In this document: positions 1-8,566 of the stretch, one piece after another | How positions within the stretch are numbered: position 1 is the first letter of the stretch | Layout of the letters: every line of letters starts with the position of its first letter | IMG/VR virus record: IMGVR_UViG_3300033146_007472 | Source of the DNA: a virus | Taxonomy: Duplodnaviria; Heunggongvirae; Uroviricota; Caudoviricetes | Length of the DNA stretch: 24,117 nucleotides | Reading direction: 5' to 3' (one strand) | Position numbers and translations under genes: made by a program | Notes under the pieces: model-generated | The model's database searches: none | What the model was told of the DNA's origin: nothing | The model's input: the letters and a program-made list of their open reading frames with translations, nothing else

Positions 1-974
1 CGGAACTGATGTAGGTCATACGTAGTAGCATTAGCATGTTTTTCAAGACCTGCAAAGCTACGGAGTTTGTAGATAATACTATGATCAATAATAAGCTTTG
101 GCATAAGTTTCATAATTGTATTCGTAAACGTAAATGCTTCCTCTAGATCGCCAGCCACCAGTTTATCTGCAATTAGTTTCGCAGCATTTTCAGAGATCTC
201 AAGAAATGAATTAGGAGTTTTCGGCAAAGAAAGAAGACCAGCGTTAGTTAGGCAGCTAAGATTTGCGATGAAGCGATCATAGCAGTTACTAGTCGGATTA
301 GAGAGTCTAGCTGAGACCCCAGAGAGCTGTTTAATATAATAAAGATCAGCTGTATTCTGTGACAGCAATTGAAAAGCCTTTCGGTAACGTGTTAAAGCCG
401 ATGTAGAAATTTCGGCTTCGACGGCTGAGGCAAAGAAACTTGGAGTCGCGGTGTAGAGCTCAGCAGCTAAGGCTGAAAAAGTCGAAAACTGAAACTGCAG
501 TGCTGAAGTTTCAGTAATAGTAAAGAATGGAAGTGCGCGTGTAATAGTTGTAAAATTATCGAATGAGTCATCAAGCTGTGGTGGAAGTTCGTGGATTTTT
601 AAAGATTGCGGAAGAAGCGTAGTATAGACTTCCGAAGAATCTGTGAGCGAAATAGCGAGTTCAAGAAACTCCGAGTTTTGAGTAAATGTAGCAGTACCGG
701 CCATAATCGGTAAAGAACCATCCGTGGTAGCGTTAAACAGTACAAGTGATGGCGTTGAAAGGTCGTTGGATGTAGTTGTAACGGTAAGCAAAAAATATTT
801 TTGATTCTCAATAGATACGTGAGCGCAGAAATCAGAGGCTGAGTCAAGACTTCGCGTGTAACGCGTGTAAACAATGCTAAGGCTAGTCGTAGAATCTGTA
901 AAAGGCTGTATAGCTGAAATATGTTTCTCGAGTGTTGGTATAGTCTCATCAAGGCTTTCGAAAAATCTAGACAT
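1..974 (-). CDS. Hypothetical protein, 3'-partial (runs off the window start; at least 324 aa, MSRFFESLDETIPTLEKH...)
   Basis: Translated by hand: ATG at 974 preceded by GGAGA, and no stop codon in frame down to position 1. It is not in the ORF track. No family recognised. Confidence 0.85.
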   Translation of the reverse strand, partial: MSRFFESLDETIPTLEKHISAIQPFTDSTTSLSIVYTRYTRSLDSASDFCAHVSIENQKYFLLTVTTTSNDLSTPSLVLFNATTDGSLPIMAGTATFTQNSEFLELAISLTDSSEVYTTLLPQSLKIHELPPQLDDSFDNFTTITRALPFFTITETSALQFQFSTFSALAAELYTATPSFFASAVEAEISTSALTRYRKAFQLLSQNTADLYYIKQLSGVSARLSNPTSNCYDRFIANLSCLTNAGLLSLPKTPNSFLEISENAAKLIADKLVAGDLEEAFTFTNTIMKLMPKLIIDHSIIYKLRSFAGLEKHANATTYDLHQF

Positions 975-1236
975 TGCTATAGAATCTCCGGTTATCGCTA
1001 AAGCGGCTAAGTATTTAGAAGTATAAAGTAATTGAAAATAGTCGTTAGAGTCGTTAATAGTAATTTAACCGTGTACTCGAGACAAAACGAAAACTAAAAA
1101 TGTATAAGAATCAATAGGGAAGCATCTCGAAGTGCCGAGAAGATCGGCTGAGAGTAACACATTTAGCCAAGAAGCTGTTTTAGAAAACGTAATGTTCTAG
1201 AAAACCGACTAATTAATTAGTAAGTCTAGCATAAGA

Positions 1237-1461
1237 TTAATTAGTCTCTAGCGCAGCGTAGAAAGCTAAGACATCAAGGCAAGTTAAGTTACGTTTGTGT
1301 ATATCGAAAATACCGAACTCAGAGGCCATCGTACGGACAAAAACGGAATTGTTTTTAAATCTATAGATAGTCTGAAATTCTTGGCTTATCTGTTGTTCGT
1401 CAGCGAATAGCGCGAAAAAGCCAGATTTTGTAATTTGAACAGTTATGTTAGTCAACATCAC
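1237..1461 (-). CDS. Small hypothetical protein (74 aa)
   Basis: AGGAAG just upstream of GTG-ATG. It starts 22 nt after the stop of the upstream same-strand gene. Confidence 0.65.
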   Translation of the reverse strand: MMLTNITVQITKSGFFALFADEQQISQEFQTIYRFKNNSVFVRTMASEFGIFDIHKRNLTCLDVLAFYAALETN

Positions 1462-1483
1462 TATCTTCCTAGCTGATTAAGTA

Positions 1484-2188
1484 TTAAAGTCGGTTAGCAG
1501 TCGGTAACAGCGTGACTAACGCCTGTTGTGACTTATGTACATTTCGTTGTGCAGCGGCTAGCTGAAGATAAGTATTGAAAGTTAAACCACTAAGCTCTTC
1601 AGTTGAAGTATCAAAAATCTGAAAAGTACCATCGGCAATTGAAACAATAAGCTTAGTATCGATGGCGAAAAGTATCGAAGTAAAGATTGGACTAACTTGT
1701 ACTGAATCTTTAATAATGACGAAATAACCATCGGCGGTTATAGAGATTTCATAAGGGCGGTTCTTGTGTTGTCTAAAAATCGAGACTGCGGTCGACATTG
1801 TTGTATTATTAGCGGAAAAAGCTGCCATATGACAACAGCTATCGAAGTGGAGTTCTAAGTAGTTCTCAAAGTCTCCAGATTTTGTCCATCCTAATCCAAT
1901 ACATTCAGTAGATTTGACTAAAGACTGTACCATAAGCGTATCAATGTCTGAGCCGGCCTGTATTGCTTTTACTATTAAACTACGTAGCTTAGGCTTCGTA
2001 GTTATTCGATATATTTGATATGTTTGATCGACGTCTGGTAAACTTATAAGACTCGTTAAAATGCCGATTATATACTCATCAACATCCTCGATTTTGAAGT
2101 ATATCAGATGTTCTGAAGTTATCGAGCACTGCAGCATCATAAGCTTGCCGACTTCAAGTTTTTGAGTTTCTGAATTTACTCTATTCAA
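1484..2188 (-). CDS. Hypothetical protein (up to 234 aa; the start may be the internal ATGATG)
   Basis: Long ORF with the T-ending codon bias of neighbouring genes. No recognisable motif. Confidence 0.75.
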   Translation of the reverse strand: MNRVNSETQKLEVGKLMMLQCSITSEHLIYFKIEDVDEYIIGILTSLISLPDVDQTYQIYRITTKPKLRSLIVKAIQAGSDIDTLMVQSLVKSTECIGLGWTKSGDFENYLELHFDSCCHMAAFSANNTTMSTAVSIFRQHKNRPYEISITADGYFVIIKDSVQVSPIFTSILFAIDTKLIVSIADGTFQIFDTSTEELSGLTFNTYLQLAAAQRNVHKSQQALVTLLPTANRL

Positions 2189-2345
2189 AAAATAGCCTTA
2201 TGTTTGGTCTTACACAAGATATGCGCTTCTTAGACAGCATTATACATTCTAAAAAATAAAAAAAGAGAAATCCTTCGATATACACAGTAGTACCAGGGAG
2301 TTTTTTACAAAAACTTCTTGGAGCTACAAATAATTTCAAACTATC

Positions 2346-2682
2346 CGCGCGTGTTTGTAATATTTACAGGAACCCTTCAGGGTTAAAAGTCTTTCAGGGT
2401 TCCTTCAAGAATCAAAAATTTACGAAGATTTGCAGTTTTTTAATCCGCCTGATTTTTATTTAAAAATTTTCTGATTCTTTTACTACAACGCACTCTTCTA
2501 GTGCTTCGTTGCAGTAAATCACAGGCGGTTCTTTTTGACGCCGTATCTACGATAGTCAAAGCCGAACTTATCGTCTTGTCAAAATCTTCAAGCTGAGAAT
2601 ATACAAAGCCGTTAGTCTTCGATAATTTGTTTAACTTTCGATATTAGGGAATCAAACGCGCGGCACACGCGCGCTACGCGGG
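2346..2682. other. Inverted-repeat-rich intergenic segment (candidate oriT, replication origin or structured RNA)
   Basis: Inverted repeats: CGCGCGTGT 2346-2354 / ACACGCGCG 2665-2673; AGGAACCCT 2368-2376 / AGGGTTCCT 2396-2404; CCGCCTG 2445-2451 / CAGGCGG 2522-2528 enclosing a hairpin at 2479-2518; TTTGAC 2534-2539 / GTCAAA 2555-2560. The repeats are directly visible; the function is a guess. Confidence 0.4.
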
Positions 2683-2797
2683 GCTTTAGGCTAGGAGATT
2701 TAGAATTTTGAATTAGCATATCTGCATAGCGTCTCTTTTACGAAAGACACTAAAGAATCTACCTGAATAGAATATCAACTACTGGAGTTAAGAGCTT

Positions 2798-5338
2798 ATG
2801 ATTTCTTCTAAAAAAGTTCGAGCTAATTTTACGATTGACGAGAGTTCTTTCGAAACTTACTTAAACTACGAAAAATACGAAGACGGTCTTTTTTGGATGA
2901 ATGATCGTGTTTTCTTTATGCTCGAAATCGTCGGCGGAATTTATTACTATTCTAGTGAAGAAGATATTCTTGATTATTATACGAGACTGAAGCTAGTGCT
3001 CAAGTCGATTCCACCGGAAGCGAATGCTTCAATTCAATCATTTTTTATGCCGTATCGTGATATTGACTTTGATCCGCCGCCATCGAAGTCAACGAACTCC
3101 GCGGTTAACGGCTTCTATGACGAAACGGTTAAAAAAATTAAGAACGCGCCGAAAACCGGGTACTATGATGATAAATCACTGCTCCGTGATATGCGAAATT
3201 TTTTAATCGTTATTTTTCCGCTAAAAGGATCCAATATTCTCGGGAAGATCGAAGATGTCTTGGATCAACGTGGATCGCGATTAGGTGGCTCCGCAACTGA
3301 GACTTATTTATTATGGAAGAAGTCATTTCTAACATCATTGCGCTCGATGAACTGCGATGTTACTGAAGTTGACGGTGATGATTTTCTCTATATGATGTTT
3401 ACATTGCTGAATCAAGATTTTGATCCGCTAAAACTAAAGTACAATACCTCGATACCGTTAAAACGACAGCTCTTGTATAATATCATAACGACTGATCATC
3501 ACGAAATTGCGTATTCTAAAAAGCGCTGGGCTATGGGCTTTCTCGAGAATCTTGAGCGTGTCAAGCTCGGCTTCCTGGTTGAGCTAATGGCGCTAAAGAG
3601 ACCGTTTTTCTTTTCCGTTACTATGCATTCACTTAGCACGCTTAAATTACAAGCTGTTCTTCAAGGTCGTAAACGTGCGACCATGAATAAACAAAAAATA
3701 GCTAATATCGATTCTGCACTTCAAGTTTCCGGTACTAATGACGCTTTTGAAGCCGAAGCGTATATGGGTATCTTACTCGATGATTATAAAGAAGTCGGCG
3801 AAGTCCATTCCGAATTAACTGGTTTCTTCTCAAAATATCGTTGGGACTTTCAATTTGAAACGTCCATCGCGGCGGACATGCTTCGCTCTGCACTTCCAGC
3901 GCATTTCAATACTAAAGCTGCTCGACGCTTAATGATCTTCGATGACCATGCTATTAGTTTCTTGAACTTTCGTAATTATCGCCGAAAATTTTCAGACCAA
4001 GGAATTATGTTCGCCGGCGAAGATCTTTCACCGAAGATGGTAGACATCTTTGACTCGACGGCATACGGCACTATGATCTCCGGCGGTTCTGGTTCCGGTA
4101 AAACAATGTTCTCACAGTATATGGCGATGTCCGAACTTGCACAAGGCCGCAAAGTTATCATTATTGACCCGGTTGGAAACTTTGAAGGCCTCTGCGAAGT
4201 TGTTGACGGTCAGTACTACCGGATAGGCTTATCGGACCGATGCCGTGGTATGGATTGTTTTCCGAACCTAACTTATGCGGAACTAATACAGAATAAAGAA
4301 GTCAGTTCCATGACACTTGCATTACTCGAAAAACTTATTACTCTCGGCTCAAAATCCATGGATATGTCGCCACGAGCTAAATCTGTACTTCAAAAAGCTT
4401 TCTATTTGATGTACAAGAATACTCCGGATCCGGATCTAACAATTTTTGTCGAGGTTCTAGAGAGCTTACATGCCGAGGCTGTAGACGCTGGCACAGACTC
4501 TATTGCCGGCGAGTTTGCCGCAGCTCTTGAAATGTTCTTACCTGACGGAGTGTATGGTAACCTTATTGCTAGTGATTCTCTTGATCTTGATGCGCAATTT
4601 ATTGTCTTCGACATTGGCGAACTACGTGATCGCGCCGAGCTTGCACAACTTGCTATTTATGGCTTAATGACGAAGATTTCATCACTAGTTATGTACCTTG
4701 CAACTCAGAACCAAAAGTGTATCTTGTTTATTGATGAAGCTCATTATCTTATTGCTGATCCAGGCTCCGTCTCTTTTATTAAGAATGGTGTTCGTGTTTG
4801 GCGGACTTACGGCGGGTCTCTTGTTTTAATTAGTCAACAACTTACTGACCTTTTGGAGAACCGTGAAGTTGGCGAAGGCATCTTTAAAACGCTTTACAAC
4901 TTCTTCATTCTTGCGCAGTCTCCGTCTTCGATTTATGATGCTCAAGAATTTATCGGCTATAATGACACCGAAGCAAACGCTATGACGGATCTCCGAACTG
5001 TCGCCGGCGAATATAGCTTTATGTCATATTATACACGTGGAATGGCTTCAGATGGCAATCCAGCTTTTGGTAGGTTTTATTTATCAATACCACGATATTT
5101 TTATTGGATGATGACTAGCCATCCGGACGAGAAAAGCCAGCGATTGACACGAAAGCAGCATTATATCGATAAGGGATTTACGCCGCTGGATGCCTTGCAC
5201 CATGCACTTCAAGACTTAGTTGAAGCTGAAAAAACTAAACAAAAACAGCCTGAGCCTGTAAAGTTAATCGGTATAAACCCAGATGCTCTTGCGTCGGCCG
5301 AGTCTACGGCTACTAAAATACCTGAAGACTCAGCTTAA
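2798..5338 (+). CDS. traC: Conjugative type IV secretion ATPase, TraC/VirB4 family
   Basis: 846 aa. Walker A GGSGSGKT followed by 'RKVIIIDP', then 'FIVFDIGEL', Walker B 'LFIDEAH' and 'RTYGGSLVLISQ'. Size and layout are typical of F-type TraC. GGAG upstream. Confidence 0.88.
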   Translation: MISSKKVRANFTIDESSFETYLNYEKYEDGLFWMNDRVFFMLEIVGGIYYYSSEEDILDYYTRLKLVLKSIPPEANASIQSFFMPYRDIDFDPPPSKSTNSAVNGFYDETVKKIKNAPKTGYYDDKSLLRDMRNFLIVIFPLKGSNILGKIEDVLDQRGSRLGGSATETYLLWKKSFLTSLRSMNCDVTEVDGDDFLYMMFTLLNQDFDPLKLKYNTSIPLKRQLLYNIITTDHHEIAYSKKRWAMGFLENLERVKLGFLVELMALKRPFFFSVTMHSLSTLKLQAVLQGRKRATMNKQKIANIDSALQVSGTNDAFEAEAYMGILLDDYKEVGEVHSELTGFFSKYRWDFQFETSIAADMLRSALPAHFNTKAARRLMIFDDHAISFLNFRNYRRKFSDQGIMFAGEDLSPKMVDIFDSTAYGTMISGGSGSGKTMFSQYMAMSELAQGRKVIIIDPVGNFEGLCEVVDGQYYRIGLSDRCRGMDCFPNLTYAELIQNKEVSSMTLALLEKLITLGSKSMDMSPRAKSVLQKAFYLMYKNTPDPDLTIFVEVLESLHAEAVDAGTDSIAGEFAAALEMFLPDGVYGNLIASDSLDLDAQFIVFDIGELRDRAELAQLAIYGLMTKISSLVMYLATQNQKCILFIDEAHYLIADPGSVSFIKNGVRVWRTYGGSLVLISQQLTDLLENREVGEGIFKTLYNFFILAQSPSSIYDAQEFIGYNDTEANAMTDLRTVAGEYSFMSYYTRGMASDGNPAFGRFYLSIPRYFYWMMTSHPDEKSQRLTRKQHYIDKGFTPLDALHHALQDLVEAEKTKQKQPEPVKLIGINPDALASAESTATKIPEDSA

Positions 5339-6187
5339 TTTCGGCTTTTCAGCTTTTGCGGCTAATTTTTTCTTCACTAAACCGGCGCTAATTTCGTAAG
5401 TTGATTGCGAATTTAGCGCCGACCAGTCAAACAAATAGAATGATGGCAAATCTAATTCATCATAAAACTCACCATCACACGTTGCTTCCGAAAACGAGAA
5501 AATTAAAAACGGGAACGGGTTTACTTGCAAGACGATTTTTGACAGAAACCCACGGATCGTCCGGCCTACTACGCTATCTATTGACGCTTCATATACTTGG
5601 TCTTCAATATGCCGTAAATAAACTTTCGGGAATCCTGGAGTCTTGAAGACCAGCTGATTTTCTTCCATAAAACAAGTCTGATACGGCGCCATTGATCGAT
5701 ACAGCAACGTCTCGTCTTCATCCACTAATAATTCATAGACTAATCTATCCGGTGATCTAAAATCATACTTATCTACGATAGCCGAGACATACGATAGATT
5801 CGGATCTTCGGTTATTTGAAATGTTGCTTCTGACACTTTCAACAGCACACGATGCGGGAAATATAGTGATGTAATGTTATCTCCATTACTGTCTATAATT
5901 TTTAGTCCCCGTGGTGACGAGACTGGGAAATGCGCTGTTCCTTCTCCGCGTTCAAACTGCTTCAACAATCCGCTATCAATTAAACTATATGCCGCGCCGC
6001 ACGCCGACTGATAAATTACATAATCTGCTGGCATGTCTTTAATATTATGGTAGATTACTACTTCCTCGACTTGGAAACTTTCGGCAATTTTTCCGAGTGC
6101 TTCAAGATCTTTCGCGAATTCGCGTGTTTTTTCTGCGAGGAATCGGTCATATTTCATATACTTTGGAGGGTATGTAGAGACTGCCAT
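5330..6187 (-). CDS. Hypothetical protein (285 aa, acidic, Lys-rich tail)
   Basis: Strong RBS (AAGGAG). Converges on TraC with a 9-nt overlap of the 3' ends. No family recognised. Confidence 0.8.
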   Translation of the reverse strand: MAVSTYPPKYMKYDRFLAEKTREFAKDLEALGKIAESFQVEEVVIYHNIKDMPADYVIYQSACGAAYSLIDSGLLKQFERGEGTAHFPVSSPRGLKIIDSNGDNITSLYFPHRVLLKVSEATFQITEDPNLSYVSAIVDKYDFRSPDRLVYELLVDEDETLLYRSMAPYQTCFMEENQLVFKTPGFPKVYLRHIEDQVYEASIDSVVGRTIRGFLSKIVLQVNPFPFLIFSFSEATCDGEFYDELDLPSFYLFDWSALNSQSTYEISAGLVKKKLAAKAEKPKLS

Positions 6188-6328
6188 TCGAACTCCTTCG
6201 ACTATATAATCAAAATGGTTAATATGCTCTTCCTCTTATTTTATTTAACTGGAAAGAGATTATAGATGTCGTCGCTTTTATCTAGCACTCTAATATAAAA
6301 TTGATTTTCTTTACAAAAGGTTTTTCAA

Positions 6329-7465
6329 ATGCTGAATATGTTTGAGTTGTTGGACTCACGATATGACCTAGCGTTATCCGATAATGAATTCACAATGCTA
6401 ATTTCAAAGAGCCGTCTTGCTAACGTTAATTCGAATCTTGAGCGTTTCGGTTTCTTAGCCGCAAGTATTATTACGGCTGATGATATGAAAGCCGAATCAC
6501 TCCATGCAATTCTGGCTGGTCAGCCATCTCTACTTTCACTGTCCGGTCAGAATGCTCTACATGATCTTCTTCCGCTTCTTGAAGATTCACAAGCTTTAAT
6601 TAGCGAATTTCTCTGCTGGCAATATGTCTCTAATTTTACGCCGCTTGATTTTACTCCACCGGAGAACTGGCGTGATGTTTTATACTTGTTCGAAGACAAT
6701 GAAACCAAGCGTCTTTTAGAAGCCGGCTATGCCGATTCACTCTTTCAGCTTCGGCAAGCTGTCCCGGATGACACGGTTGAAGCGCTTATTGCTTACGAAA
6801 CCGTTCTAGCGCTACGCTTTCGTCCGCGGATTCCATCAAAGAACCCGGCCTTTTATTCACACCCGCGAGTGTTAATTTCGCCTGGTGATACGGTTCTAGA
6901 CTGTGGTGCTTGTGCGAATGCATACGGCGGTCAGTTCGTTACTGATTTCGCAACTTTATGCCAGCCAGCCGGCAAGGTAATTGCATTTGAGCCAATGCAT
7001 GAGGTTTTTCAGGCACTTGAAGCGGATGTTGCAGATATTTTCAATGTTGTATTAGTTAATGCGGCTGTCTGGAGCCGACCGACAACTCTTACTTTTGCTG
7101 CAGACGGTATTCAAAGCCGAAAATTGCTTGAATCTGAAGAACAGCCTGCTTCAGCTTCTGATCTGTCTTTGATGGCCAGCCATGTAAGTGTCCGTGCTGA
7201 ACGCATCGACGACCTGGATGCCGAGCAGCCGATTAATTTTATCAAAATGGACGTTGAAGGCGCCGAGTATGACGCTTTACTTGGCGCTCAGTCTATCATA
7301 CAGCGTGATAAACCTAAATTATCCATCTGCCTTTATCATTCACCGGCTGATTTTGTTCGTATTCCGAAGCTTATTCATGAGTTCTGTCCAGAGTACAAAA
7401 TGTGGATTGAGCTTAATGAAGGACATTCTTGGGCCGGCATGAAACTCTTTGCAAGTGTTGAGTAA
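6329..7465 (+). CDS. FkbM-family SAM-dependent methyltransferase
   Basis: Motifs 'VLDCGA', 'VIAFEP', 'NAAVW', 'INFIKMDVEGAEYDALLGA' and 'KPKLSICLYH'. Confidence 0.9.
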   Translation: MLNMFELLDSRYDLALSDNEFTMLISKSRLANVNSNLERFGFLAASIITADDMKAESLHAILAGQPSLLSLSGQNALHDLLPLLEDSQALISEFLCWQYVSNFTPLDFTPPENWRDVLYLFEDNETKRLLEAGYADSLFQLRQAVPDDTVEALIAYETVLALRFRPRIPSKNPAFYSHPRVLISPGDTVLDCGACANAYGGQFVTDFATLCQPAGKVIAFEPMHEVFQALEADVADIFNVVLVNAAVWSRPTTLTFAADGIQSRKLLESEEQPASASDLSLMASHVSVRAERIDDLDAEQPINFIKMDVEGAEYDALLGAQSIIQRDKPKLSICLYHSPADFVRIPKLIHEFCPEYKMWIELNEGHSWAGMKLFASVE

Positions 7466-7471
7466 TAACTA

Positions 7472-8506
7472 ATGCGTACTGAATTTTACAAATTACTTCT
7501 TAAATATGGCGCGGTTATTTTCCTTACTGCTTTCTGCGCGTATGGCGCAATTATTGCGCAACAGCGCTCGAACTCATATCAACTTTCAACGTATCTCGGC
7601 GTGCTCGGACGAAATCTTTCTGCCGATCTTGAGTTGAACTCTGAAACCGAAATCTTAGACGCTGTAGAAACTGGAATACGCGAAAAAGACAAATATTTCC
7701 GAATCCTTTATACTGAAGACGAATTTTTACAATCCTTATCTGCGTTATCTATAGCCGCAGCTAAAAAATACGGCGTATTCTTTGATCCAAAAACTGGCGT
7801 TATCAAAGATGTTCTTCGTCATTCTGCGAATTACACTAAACTCAACTCAAACGATGTTCTACTCCAAGTCGGCGAGGCTACCATACCTTCAGAGTTTCTA
7901 CGCGCTTTTCAAGCTACTAGTTCTATCACCGTCAAAGTTCAAACTCCTACTGGAGTTCAAGAACTAACATTGACAAGCCGTGTTTTACATCCTATTTATA
8001 CCGAGCTAAATGGTACTCACGCAACTATTACGTTCTACTTTTTTAAGACCGAACTTCTTACCGAGCTTACCTCCTTCTTACGTCAGAATGCCGGCAAAAT
8101 TACTGAGCTAACATTAGACCTTACGCAATGTCCAGGTGGAAAAGTCAAAACTCTAGCGGCTTCACTTGGTTTCTTGTTTCCAACTGGAACACCGTTCTTT
8201 TATGAACAACGCAAAGCTAAACGCGTCTATTATTTGAATAACGCGCAGCCAATTCTAGACTTAACTAAGTTTGATGGTCCAATTACTGTGCTGAAAAGTG
8301 CACGAACTGCTTCGTCGGCTGAAATCTTTGCCGGTGTTTTAAACCATTTACTTTTTGATAAACCGAACTTTAAACTAGTCGGCGAGACTACCTACGGAAA
8401 ATGGACTACTATTCAGTTTATTAAGTTTCTCAAAGGTGGAATGTTACACTCACTCGGCCGAGTTCATCTACCGGACGGCACAACCTACGAAGGCAAAGGA
8501 ATTTAG
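7472..8506 (+). CDS. S41-family (C-terminal processing) serine protease with N-terminal membrane anchor and partial PDZ-like region
   Basis: 'LDLTQCPGG' (DLRxNPGG-like), catalytic 'TASSAEIF' and 'GETTYGK'. Hydrophobic N-terminus. Ends at 'EGKGI'. Confidence 0.85.
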   Translation: MRTEFYKLLLKYGAVIFLTAFCAYGAIIAQQRSNSYQLSTYLGVLGRNLSADLELNSETEILDAVETGIREKDKYFRILYTEDEFLQSLSALSIAAAKKYGVFFDPKTGVIKDVLRHSANYTKLNSNDVLLQVGEATIPSEFLRAFQATSSITVKVQTPTGVQELTLTSRVLHPIYTELNGTHATITFYFFKTELLTELTSFLRQNAGKITELTLDLTQCPGGKVKTLAASLGFLFPTGTPFFYEQRKAKRVYYLNNAQPILDLTKFDGPITVLKSARTASSAEIFAGVLNHLLFDKPNFKLVGETTYGKWTTIQFIKFLKGGMLHSLGRVHLPDGTTYEGKGI

Positions 8507-8566
8507 ACTCTTTGGCGTCCATTCTAGGTAGTTACCTTAATACCTTTAATCCTGGAGAGTTTATTA

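Noticed and set aside
599-952. 117-aa - strand ORF in the track
   Set aside because: It is an alternate-frame shadow of the longer ORF at 1..974, which has an RBS.
1178-1247. AT-rich palindromes (ACTAATTAATTAGT at 1208-1221; GTTTTAGAAAAC / GTTCTAGAAAAC pair) as a regulatory element
   Set aside because: They are low complexity and lack a GC stem or U-tract, so I cannot distinguish them from chance or assign a role.
8495-8530. TAG read-through at the end of the S41 protease to restore the GIxPD motif
   Set aside because: The frame continues TLWRPF to another stop, with no PD.
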